From a virus (lineage: Duplodnaviria > Caudoviricetes): a stretch of DNA of 31,418 nt. Positions within the stretch are counted from its first letter, which is position 1; every line of letters begins with the position of its first letter. The translations under genes and the position numbers were made by a program. The notes under the pieces were generated by a model. The model saw only the letters and a list, made by a program, of their open reading frames with translations, did no database searches and was not told the DNA's origin. The stretch is taken from positions 1-31,418 of the IMG/VR virus record IMGVR_UViG_3300042196_000044; one strand, 5' to 3'. Positions 16,745-24,749 of this stretch are shown here, piece after piece.

Positions 16745-17103
16745 TAGGCATCACCCCAATAGGCCGCAGCCGACATCTCCCGGTTCACCCGCGCAATCTC
16801 GCGCTCCCCGACCAGCTTGCCGCGCTTCGGGATGGCGTTCGGATACCGCGCCATGAGTTCAGCCAGATCGTCCCGATAGCCGTCGATGCTGGTGTCCGGC
16901 GCGTCGAGCAGGAAGTACCATTCGCTGCCCGAAACGAAGCGCCCCAGCCGCACCGGCGCCATCTTGTTGAACCAAAGCCGGAACGCCAGCGCGCCGTCGT
17001 CCGGCAGCACGCGCCACCACTCGACGAGATCGGCCGTGGTGGGGAAATCGGCCTGCCAGGTCCGGTCGCCCGCATACCAGGCCTTGCAGGCGATGATGCG
17101 CAT
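16744..17103 (-). CDS. Hypothetical protein
   Basis: Stop overlaps the next ATG; start abuts the upstream stop. Confidence 0.7.
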   Translation of the reverse strand: MRIIACKAWYAGDRTWQADFPTTADLVEWWRVLPDDGALAFRLWFNKMAPVRLGRFVSGSEWYFLLDAPDTSIDGYRDDLAELMARYPNAIPKRGKLVGEREIARVNREMSAAAYWGDA

Positions 17104-17376
17104 TTACCGGACTTCCCAGAATGGCCTGGTGTCGCCCCCGCCGACGCAAAACCGCCGGTGCTTGCGCCCACAAACGCAGTGAAAAATATAGATATCCGGC
17201 ACGCCGCGACGCTTCTGTACGGCGTCGGAAAACCACGCCTCGATCTCGTGCTCCTGCGGGTTGCGACAGCACGAGTTGATCTTCTGGTTGTGCTCCAGCG
17301 TCTCCAGGTAATGCACCGGGATGGGAGCCGGGCATTTCTTGACCTTGATCCGCTTGCAGGCGACGAACTGAGCCAT
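17104..17376 (-). CDS. Cys/His-rich hypothetical protein, possibly metal-binding
   Basis: SCC, HCVCGRKH, FC motifs; translationally coupled on both sides. Confidence 0.7.
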   Translation of the reverse strand: MAQFVACKRIKVKKCPAPIPVHYLETLEHNQKINSCCRNPQEHEIEAWFSDAVQKRRGVPDIYIFHCVCGRKHRRFCVGGGDTRPFWEVR

Positions 17377-17630
17377 TAGCCGGCGGCCTTCTTGCCGACG
17401 ATGAACTCCCCGTCACGGCCTACCGGCTCGGCATCCTGATAGGCGCAAGCGAATAGCGCCTTGACGTAGGACTCCTGAGTGACGACCGGATCGCCGAACT
17501 CGTCCGGCGTCACCTTGACCTTGACGCGCACGTCGCCCTTGGCGTCCGGCATGTCGTCGAGAGCCGGCCACCTGGCGAAGGCGGCACTGACGCGATCCGT
17601 CATCGCGTCGCGGACATCACGGGAGTGCAT
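17376..17630 (-). CDS. Hypothetical protein
   Basis: GAGGA SD; overlaps the end of the HNH gene and is coupled to the downstream gene. Confidence 0.65.
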   Translation of the reverse strand: MHSRDVRDAMTDRVSAAFARWPALDDMPDAKGDVRVKVKVTPDEFGDPVVTQESYVKALFACAYQDAEPVGRDGEFIVGKKAAG

Positions 17631-18087
17631 GGTATCCTCTTATCGCAGGGGGCGTTGCGAGTGTGCGTTCGGCGGACCAGCCGCGATTGAGGCGAACCCG
17701 CAGCAGCCTATGTGGCAGACCAAGATGCGTGGCCCAATCAGCTACGATGCGCCGCTCGCCATTATATTCCAGATAGCGATTGTTCCGCTTGTTGCGGCTC
17801 TGCTCAGCCCGCGTAGCCCACCGGCAATTCGCCTTGCTGTACGGGCCATCGTTATCAGCACGCTCCAGCGTTCCACCGTCAGGCGGATCGCCCATATCGG
17901 CATAGAAGACTTGGAAATCGGCCCACGCCGGATCGACAGTAATTCCGCGACCGCCATAGTCTGTATAGCTCCGGTTTTTCGGATTGGAGCATCTAGCTCT
18001 CATACTGACCCAGACATAGTGCGCCCGCCATTGCGGATTATTCTTGTCCCGCTTGGCTATTACTGTACATCCGTGCTTGTAGTTCAT
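17617..18087 (-). CDS. HNH-type homing endonuclease-like protein
   Basis: W.SM.ARC.NP...Y.DYGGRGITV..W..F..FYADMG..P..TLER.DNDGPYS..NCRWAT..EQ.RN. Confidence 0.85.
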   Translation of the reverse strand: MNYKHGCTVIAKRDKNNPQWRAHYVWVSMRARCSNPKNRSYTDYGGRGITVDPAWADFQVFYADMGDPPDGGTLERADNDGPYSKANCRWATRAEQSRNKRNNRYLEYNGERRIVADWATHLGLPHRLLRVRLNRGWSAERTLATPPAIRGYHALP

Positions 18088-18090
18088 GCT

Positions 18091-18507
18091 TTAACTTGCC
18101 GTATGTAGGTTAGCTCCGAAATCAACCGTGAACGTTTCTTGATCGCCCACCGTGAAGGCTGAGCCGTAGTCATAGTCGCTCATCAGGATGTCCGTGGTGC
18201 TGGTGTCGTCATGGATCGCCACGTAGCGTCCCTCATCCCAATCTGCGGCCGTGGCGGTCCACACCACGTCGACCGCCGTCATCGTCACCGTGCCGCCGGA
18301 GCGTGTCGCGTCGTTCTGGATGTCCTCGCCGCCCGCCGTGTAGCCAGTGCCGGTGATCTGGGTCAGGTCGGCCAGTTCGTCATCGGTCCCCACGACCGGG
18401 GCATCCGAATGGATCGCCGCCTTGAACACCTCATCGGTGCCGAAGTTGTCGACTTCCGCATTCCACTGGGCTTCGATCCAGTGCTCGAATTTCACGTAAG
18501 TAGCCAT
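18091..18507 (-). CDS. Conserved phage virion-associated protein
   Basis: GAGGAG SD; MATYVKF..LADLTQITG.GYTAGG..DVVWTA..DYGS..T....TFTVDF; acidic, Thr-rich. Confidence 0.75.
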   Translation of the reverse strand: MATYVKFEHWIEAQWNAEVDNFGTDEVFKAAIHSDAPVVGTDDELADLTQITGTGYTAGGEDIQNDATRSGGTVTMTAVDVVWTATAADWDEGRYVAIHDDTSTTDILMSDYDYGSAFTVGDQETFTVDFGANLHTAS

Positions 18508-18646
18508 TTAAAATCTCCTCAGTTGATAGGTACGATCTCGACGCTCGCCGCACAGCCGTCTGGGCCACGCACAAGATAGATGGTTGGCAAGGAATGCCAT
18601 TCCGTTTCTCCACTTAAGTGGTCCCCGTCACCGGGGCCGATGATGC

Positions 18647-19273
18647 TCACGCCGCCCGTTCCCATGTCGTGCCGGGGTCAATCGCGCCACGCACCGCGCC
18701 AGCGTCGAATGCCAGCCCGCAATGCGCGGCAACTGGCCGAAACGCTTCCGCGTCGGCGATGAACGCTGCCGGCCAGACCTCGACCAGATCGAGTCCCGCC
18801 GCCTTCATCGCTTCGAAGCGTCGCTCATGCTCAGCGACCCAGCCCAGCCAGCCGTCACGGTTATCGTAAGCCTTCATGAAATTCGTATGCAGGCACGACT
18901 TGACGATGCGCTCGGGATCGCGTCGGACAACTACCCATTTCGCCTCGGGGAAAGCTTTGGCCCATACCGGCCAGATCAGCGTGAGTTTCGCGTCCTTGTA
19001 AGCCCATGGGCGAGGAGCGCCGTTCAGTCTCTCCAGCACCGCACGGCGCAATGACGGATCAGGCTCAAGCCTGTCGGTGTCCGGCAGCGGCTTCTGCCCG
19101 CGCGGATCGGCGCCGCTGCGCCGCAGATACGGCTTGAGCAGGGTCTGCCGAATATCGATGTTCTCGTAGAGCCGGTTGACGGACTGGTTTGCGCCGAGCC
19201 AGCAGCCATGTGCCTGCAATATCCGCGTCGTCAGCGACGTACCGGATCGCGCGCATCCCGTGACGAGTATCAT
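18647..19273 (-). CDS. Sulfotransferase family protein
   Basis: N-terminal ILVTGCARSGTS PAPS-binding loop; WAYKD; FPEAKWVVVRRDP 3'-phosphate motif; ATGA-coupled start. Confidence 0.85.
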   Translation of the reverse strand: MILVTGCARSGTSLTTRILQAHGCWLGANQSVNRLYENIDIRQTLLKPYLRRSGADPRGQKPLPDTDRLEPDPSLRRAVLERLNGAPRPWAYKDAKLTLIWPVWAKAFPEAKWVVVRRDPERIVKSCLHTNFMKAYDNRDGWLGWVAEHERRFEAMKAAGLDLVEVWPAAFIADAEAFRPVAAHCGLAFDAGAVRGAIDPGTTWERAA

Positions 19274-19893
19274 GCAGCCATCCAATTCACATCGCGGGGA
19301 CGAGGCTTTCCGTGAAAACAGACGGCACGGGCATTCTCCGCCCCGCTAGCGGGTCTTACGTTCAATTTGTATGAAACCACCTGCCCTGGGGCTATCACGT
19401 CCCAGCGGGCCGCTCTGTGGCCTACAATCGGGTCTATGAAGTTCTGGTCGCCACGATATTGTTTCATGTGGAACACTGGCGCCTTGATCCAGCTTGTCCA
19501 GATTTCCGCCCGGTCGGCTTCGGTGAGGTACATCAGGCCGGTTCCGGCCACCGGCCGTTGCCCAGTGCCCAGCTTTTTCCGACTGTCATAGAACCCGTTG
19601 AGCATGGTGAGACGGCCTACCGAGGCAATATCGGTCAGGTCGCCGTTTATGACGGTATCGAGATCGAAGTAGAGCACGCCGCCGGCCAGTCCTGGCGCGA
19701 ACAGTTCCATCTTGGCCCACCACCCCGGCCAGTCGTGCCGCAGCTGTATCCTTTCGCACGGCACCGGCACGTCGGACAGGCAGATGAAGCGATGCTCGAT
19801 AGGCAGGTGCTCGGCAACACCGGCGCAAAGCCGCTCGACATATTCCGCGTCGAAGTCGCCGCCTGAACGAAGGACGCAAGCCACGGTCAGCAT
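19270..19893 (-). CDS. GT-A fold glycosyltransferase (GT8-like)
   Basis: WPGWWAKMELF, LYFDLD (DxD), GDQ and FHGKPRP motifs. Confidence 0.85.
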   Translation of the reverse strand: MLTVACVLRSGGDFDAEYVERLCAGVAEHLPIEHRFICLSDVPVPCERIQLRHDWPGWWAKMELFAPGLAGGVLYFDLDTVINGDLTDIASVGRLTMLNGFYDSRKKLGTGQRPVAGTGLMYLTEADRAEIWTSWIKAPVFHMKQYRGDQNFIDPIVGHRAARWDVIAPGQVVSYKLNVRPASGAENARAVCFHGKPRPRDVNWMAA

Positions 19894-19902
19894 CGACGCC
19901 CC

Positions 19903-21204
19903 TCAGAAGAAGCCGTGTCGCGTCACAAGTTCCGCAACGTCAACATCACGCATCACGTCGCCGAGCACTCGGCGCTCCGTCGACAGCGCTTCCAGCGCAC
20001 GTGCAAGAACAGTTTCTTCGCGATCACGCGGCAGCACCACGACGCCATCGCAATCAGCAAAAACGAGCGAAGACGGATCGACAGGTATGCCACCGATATT
20101 TACCGGCTCATTGGCCGTCGCAACCACGGCTCGGCCCTTGACATCGCGGCATGTCGTGGATCGTGCCCAGACCGGAAATCCGATCCGGCTTGTGGCCTCG
20201 AAATCGCGCGTGGCCCCGTCGATCACAGCCGCCTGCGCACCGGAACGAACGGCGAGCGATGCGTTTAGCTCCCCGAAGTATGCCAGATCATTCAGCCCCT
20301 TGACGACAATGACATCATCCCCAGCCAAGAGGTCGTAGGAGCCCAGCGCATCATAGATACCAGCAGGATCATCCCCTGGCTCCGCTGGTCGCAAGTCCAG
20401 TGTGCGCGCCCGACCAAATACCTTGCGCCCAGGCACATTACAGGCAAACGCACCGGGTAAAACCGCTTCAATCCCGATATCGCGGCAGACATCCGACAAC
20501 AGAGACGATGACAGAAATACCGCAAGAAACCGCAGCCGCCGCGTTTCACGCGCCAGGGTTCCAGCAGCCACCGTCTCGGCAAGAGCGAAGTCGGCCGGCG
20601 TGTTCACATCGATCAGTTCAACCGGATCATCGACGTGTAGACGGATCGGCCGTTCGCCGATACGCTTCCGCGTCCGATGCGCTGTTTCACCCCGCACCGC
20701 ATAGAAACTCATGGCTTCCGATTCTCGCCACGAGAGATCGGTACTATTCGGTATGGGGTCTCCGTATGCCGGTGCTCCGTCGATCCAGTCATACGCCTTG
20801 TCGCGCCGCAGCAGGACAACGCTGTCGTGATAGGGTCGGGTGCGCAATTCACTGACCGCCCGCGTGATGGTATCCAGACTCAGGAACGGGGCCGTACAGA
20901 GGGCCTGCACATAGATATTCGCATCGACCTGGCGCACTTCGTTGAAGAACAGCGCATGACCGTCCGTGTCATTCGTAGCAAGCCCCGGATCGCGCCTCAG
21001 AGGCCGTGCCCCAAGCCGCTCCCCGATGCGCAGGATATTGTCGTCTTCAGAGTCGATATAGACTTCATCGAATACGGGACAGGCCAGCAATTTGCGCAGC
21101 ATGAAGCAGAAGAACGGTTCGCCATTGAAGGCCCGCATGTTCTTGTTGGCAACGCGGTCGCTGAACCCCTTGGCCGGCAGAAACGCCACGATCCGCTCAG
21201 GCAT
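19903..21204 (-). CDS. Acylneuraminate/Kdo cytidylyltransferase (NeuA/KdsB-like) fused to an RraA/HMG-CHA aldolase domain
   Basis: N-terminal PAKGFSDRVANKN (cf. PARxGSKRxxxKN), TAPFL, IDVNTPADF; C-terminal LSD, GRART, YFGEL, VIDGATRD, GFPVWAR, VFADCDGVVVLP. Confidence 0.88.
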   Translation of the reverse strand: MPERIVAFLPAKGFSDRVANKNMRAFNGEPFFCFMLRKLLACPVFDEVYIDSEDDNILRIGERLGARPLRRDPGLATNDTDGHALFFNEVRQVDANIYVQALCTAPFLSLDTITRAVSELRTRPYHDSVVLLRRDKAYDWIDGAPAYGDPIPNSTDLSWRESEAMSFYAVRGETAHRTRKRIGERPIRLHVDDPVELIDVNTPADFALAETVAAGTLARETRRLRFLAVFLSSSLLSDVCRDIGIEAVLPGAFACNVPGRKVFGRARTLDLRPAEPGDDPAGIYDALGSYDLLAGDDVIVVKGLNDLAYFGELNASLAVRSGAQAAVIDGATRDFEATSRIGFPVWARSTTCRDVKGRAVVATANEPVNIGGIPVDPSSLVFADCDGVVVLPRDREETVLARALEALSTERRVLGDVMRDVDVAELVTRHGFF

Positions 21205-21772
21205 AAAACGTGTCCGCCACAACCTTTGGGAAGCATGTGATGGCGCTGTCGGGGCTGGCGTTCATGATCTCGATCCCATTGCGCTCATACCAAACTGCAA
21301 CTTTCGTGAGCGCGGCGAGCACGTCGCTTAGGCCCGTCCTGGCCTGTGCCTTGTCGGGATAGAAATGCCGATTGTCCATGTCCATGTCGAAGCCCAACAG
21401 GACGATGCGCCTGTGTCCGAGTTGCATGGCGAGATTTATCGCCGCTAGCCCACCGTTGCCGACGCTAGCAGGTGCCGAGATAGCCCCTGGTTCCGTGGCT
21501 GGAATGTCGTCAATTTGCCGGCGCCAGATGGTTACGTCCGGCCATGTCTCGGTCATGTGGTGAGGGAACAGGCAAATATGCTTGCCACCCGGAAAAGTAA
21601 TTATGCCGCTCCGCTCCGTTTTCATGAACGGACGATCCAGCGAGAACAACATATCACACCGCGCGGCCAAGGCGGCTCCGTTCACGCCGATAATCGGTCG
21701 TCCGGCCCGGCGTATCCTGTTCAGATCGATGTCATTGACGGACGCGCCACCACCGAGGATGAACCCGGTCAT
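21197..21772 (-). CDS. Maf/MptE(DUF115)-like putative glycosyltransferase, copy 3
   Basis: FILGGGAS, IGVN, FSLD, NGGLAAINLA..LG...IVLLGFD, HFY, NASPDSAI.CF. Confidence 0.75.
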   Translation of the reverse strand: MTGFILGGGASVNDIDLNRIRRAGRPIIGVNGAALAARCDMLFSLDRPFMKTERSGIITFPGGKHICLFPHHMTETWPDVTIWRRQIDDIPATEPGAISAPASVGNGGLAAINLAMQLGHRRIVLLGFDMDMDNRHFYPDKAQARTGLSDVLAALTKVAVWYERNGIEIMNASPDSAITCFPKVVADTFYA

Positions 21773-22584
21773 GCGAGGCCGCGCTTGATATGCCGCCACG
21801 CACTGCCGTCCGCCAGCTCTTCGTGTGTCCACTGGCTATAGGCGAGCGACGCCGCCCATGCTTTGCGATTCGGCATCGGCAAATCGGCGAGCTGACCGAG
21901 AGAATGACCGGCCATGCCCCACACCATTGAGCCGCAGTCCATGGCGATAGTCGGAACCCCGGCAATGATCGCGTCCACCCCGGTATTGGAGTTGAACGTC
22001 ACCACCGCTTTGGCGATGCGCAGGTCCTGTTTTATGAAACCGTTGGTGCTGATCCTGCCATCGACATGAAAGGCCCCGCCCTTGCGCACCGCCACGGGAT
22101 GCGGACGGAACAGCACCTCAAAACCTAGCCGCCTCACTTCCGCAACCGTCTCCCGGCACCAGGCAATGTGGTCGTGGTGCTGGACACTCGCATCCCATGG
22201 CACCTGCCCCGCCACCAGTATCGGGCCGCTACGCCGTTTCCAGTTCTTCAGACTAATACCCAATGATCTCCAGCGATCATCTGGAACGCCGACGTTGCAA
22301 AAGTCGGCACGTCCGTTGATCCCGTCCCAGCCCAACGCGAGATACTTGCTGCGCCGGACATAGCCGCGCTCGCACACCAGCACCCGACCGCCATAATCGA
22401 GCGTCTTCTGGATCACCTCGCCCTTGGGCCATGTGTTCTGATCAGCAGGCTTGTAGGTGCCGAAAATCACCGCAACGTCACAGGGCTCCCATTCAGTCGC
22501 GGGCCGCTTAACCGCGCCTGGGATGCCTTCGACTAGGGCATCGAGCGCCTTGAAGGGGCGATTTTCGTAGACTACGACATTCAC
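21769..22584 (-). CDS. KpsS/KpsC-like (Capsule_synth) GT-B glycosyltransferase
   Basis: E.GY, GQVPWDAS (QV..D), FRPHP (HP motif), TFNSNTGVDA; GTGA-coupled start. Confidence 0.75.
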   Translation of the reverse strand: MNVVVYENRPFKALDALVEGIPGAVKRPATEWEPCDVAVIFGTYKPADQNTWPKGEVIQKTLDYGGRVLVCERGYVRRSKYLALGWDGINGRADFCNVGVPDDRWRSLGISLKNWKRRSGPILVAGQVPWDASVQHHDHIAWCRETVAEVRRLGFEVLFRPHPVAVRKGGAFHVDGRISTNGFIKQDLRIAKAVVTFNSNTGVDAIIAGVPTIAMDCGSMVWGMAGHSLGQLADLPMPNRKAWAASLAYSQWTHEELADGSAWRHIKRGLA

Positions 22585-23144
22585 CACCGGACACTTCCAA
22601 GGCGACCATCGATTGCTTGGTGAACCGGCCATGGAAAAAACCGGGCCAGCCGCTCGATATCGCCTTTGTCGTAGGCCAGATCATCCGGCAAGACCGCCGG
22701 CAAGTTCCGAACTAATACCGAGATGTTGTAGCCGTAGACACCAACGCGGGCCTTCGCGCAATCGAATCCGGCAAGGATCAAATTGTAGACCAGCGTGCCC
22801 TCGGTAAAAAGGTTGATGTGTCCGCCAACAAGCCGTGGCCGGTACGGCGGGACCGTGATGCCGAGCACGCCCTTCGGCTCCAGATCGCGGCGGACCTTGG
22901 CGAGGAATGCCCCGATGTTCGGGCAATGCTCCAGAACATGAGAGCACCAGATGCCGTCGTATCGCCCCCAGTCGAGCAGCATGTAATCGCCGCGCACGTC
23001 GGGCTCATGGGCGATATCGAGCGTCGTCACTTCGAGGCCAGACTGGCGCATGACGGCCGCGTGTTCGCCCCGGCCGGCCCCGATGTCGAGCACCGTGGTG
23101 GGCGCTTCCGCGATGAACCGCTGCAGGGCTTGGTCGGCTTTCAC
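22581..23144 (-). CDS. Class I SAM-dependent methyltransferase
   Basis: VLDIGAGRG motif I; YDGIWCSHVLEH; L.P.G.L.ITVP. Confidence 0.9.
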   Translation of the reverse strand: MKADQALQRFIAEAPTTVLDIGAGRGEHAAVMRQSGLEVTTLDIAHEPDVRGDYMLLDWGRYDGIWCSHVLEHCPNIGAFLAKVRRDLEPKGVLGITVPPYRPRLVGGHINLFTEGTLVYNLILAGFDCAKARVGVYGYNISVLVRNLPAVLPDDLAYDKGDIERLARFFPWPVHQAIDGRLGSVRW

Positions 23145-23734
23145 GTTAGCACCTCGTCCAGCGTGGCGAAGCGAAAGCCCCGGATGGCCGACGCGGGATT
23201 GAGGTTCACCACATCGACACCGCGCCGTGCCAGTTCCGGTGCTATGCTATTGAACGCCGCAGCCCATTTCGGATGATCAGCCCGTCCAAACCGACATTTC
23301 CATTCATAGCCGCCATGCCAGTGATTACCACCGTCAAGGTCGAAACCGATCAACACGATTCGTGTGGCTTCACGTGAAACAGCGAAATTAAGCGCTGCGA
23401 AACCAGAATTGTGTGCCGAGTAAATCAGGCCTGGATCATCGCTGACCAGCACGTCGCGGCTGCGATCCAGCACCTCGATAGGCCCGGCCGCTTCCGGCGG
23501 AACATAGCCTCCATCGATCGCCGCCACCTTGCGTCCGACAAAACGCGCCAACACGTCTGCCCGGCGCGTGATCCATATCCCGTCCGCTGAAAATACAATA
23601 TCAGCCCAAGGTATCCTTCGCACAGCGTCGTTGATCGCCACCACGATCCCATGTCCGCGCAACTTGCCCAAATCGATACGGCTGGCGCTGTCGCCGCCGC
23701 CGATCAGGAATACCGTCGTGCCGGCAAATGTCAT
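23141..23734 (-). CDS. Maf/MptE(DUF115)-like putative glycosyltransferase, copy 2
   Basis: VFLIGGGDS, VAIND, FSAD, NSGFAALNFA, IVLIGFD, HWHG.Y, VVNLNPASAI. Confidence 0.75.
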   Translation of the reverse strand: MTFAGTTVFLIGGGDSASRIDLGKLRGHGIVVAINDAVRRIPWADIVFSADGIWITRRADVLARFVGRKVAAIDGGYVPPEAAGPIEVLDRSRDVLVSDDPGLIYSAHNSGFAALNFAVSREATRIVLIGFDLDGGNHWHGGYEWKCRFGRADHPKWAAAFNSIAPELARRGVDVVNLNPASAIRGFRFATLDEVLT

Positions 23735-24090
23735 GTACCCTCGGCACCGCCGCAGTTGCGCCGCTCGATATCGTCCGGCGACAGCGGCTCGGGGTAATAC
23801 AGCTCAAGCGCCTCCACTGGTTCATCAAGTGACCGGAACACATGAAACTCGCCCGGCTTGACGGTGCAGAGATCGCCTGGCTCCAGCGTAGTCACGTCCA
23901 CCAGTTCGTAATCGTTCTTGTGGACCTCGATCACCAGCTTGCCGGAGATGACATAAAACAGGTTCGACTTATGCTTGTGGCGGTGCAACGAGCAGTGGTG
24001 ATGCGGCTTGATAAAAACTCGGCTGAACTCGACGAAGATGTTGCAGAACAGCGGGAATGTTTCGCCCCAAATTTTCCCCGACTTATTCAT
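23731..24090 (-). CDS. Cupin domain protein (sugar isomerase-like)
   Basis: KIWG, CSLHRHKHK.NLFYVISG, PGEFH cupin motifs; ATGA-coupled at both ends. Confidence 0.85.
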   Translation of the reverse strand: MNKSGKIWGETFPLFCNIFVEFSRVFIKPHHHCSLHRHKHKSNLFYVISGKLVIEVHKNDYELVDVTTLEPGDLCTVKPGEFHVFRSLDEPVEALELYYPEPLSPDDIERRNCGGAEGT

Positions 24091-24701
24091 GACTTCAACG
24101 CCTCTTCCAATGTCACAATCGGCCACAGATCGGCATAGGTCGACCCCGGCGAACAGTTCGCCACCGGCACGCCAAGCCGCTTCAGCGCAGCCGCCACGGC
24201 CATCAGTTCCTTGCGCCAGTCGTCGTATCTCGGCGGACGATGAGGCTTGTACGGATAGCGCTCCTTGTGCGCCCGCGCGGCCTCGTCATCGTTACGGCCG
24301 TCGGCCCCGATCAGCACCATGCTTTCAGTCCCGAGCAGCGCCGCCAGTTCCATAGCCCCGGCCAAGCTGGTCCGGTTGCAATGAATTTGACCCGAGTTGC
24401 CGGCAAAGTTCGGCTTCTTCGCCTTCTCCACCAGCAGCACATCTGGTAATGGCACACCGGGTGCGTTTGTGACGATGCGGCCAGCGAATGTTTCCAGCCC
24501 GGCGCGGTGTTTGACAAAGAAGTCCTTGTCCATGCCGAAGACGTACTGAGCCCACGGCACGTCCTCGAACGACCGATTGACCGCAACGACGTTGCGGCCC
24601 CGGAGCAGTTCGAGGCTTTGCGTCCGATACGACGGCCCGCCAGCGACGATAAAGGAGCGTTGCCCAGCCCACTCGCGCGGGACGGCCCAGTATTTCGGCA
24701 C
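24087..24701 (-). CDS. Maf/MptE(DUF115)-like putative glycosyltransferase, copy 1
   Basis: FIVAGGPS, VAVN, FGMD, TS..GAMELAALLG...VLIGAD, NCSPGS. Confidence 0.75.
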   Translation of the reverse strand: MPKYWAVPREWAGQRSFIVAGGPSYRTQSLELLRGRNVVAVNRSFEDVPWAQYVFGMDKDFFVKHRAGLETFAGRIVTNAPGVPLPDVLLVEKAKKPNFAGNSGQIHCNRTSLAGAMELAALLGTESMVLIGADGRNDDEAARAHKERYPYKPHRPPRYDDWRKELMAVAAALKRLGVPVANCSPGSTYADLWPIVTLEEALKS

Positions 24702-24706
24702 GCGAG

Positions 24707-24730
24707 AAGAGGCGGCCGAAACCGCCCCTC
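24707..24730 (-). terminator. Terminator/attenuator-like hairpin between DUF2190 and the glycan cluster
   Basis: GAGGGGCGGT-TTCG-GCCGCCTCTT followed by only a weak pyrimidine tail. Confidence 0.5.
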
Positions 24731-24749
24731 AACTGCGGATTAATGCCGC

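Noticed and set aside
20000-20560. RraA domain acting as an RNase E inhibitor
   Set aside because: Fusion to a cytidylyltransferase within a glycan cluster and retention of the RD-containing motif favour an aldolase role.
18647-24701. Classical serotype-conversion (gtrABC/oac) cassette or captured host capsule locus
   Set aside because: No flippase, polymerase, exporter or multi-TM protein and no separate promoter seen; genes are coupled within the late operon. Not formally excluded without expression data.
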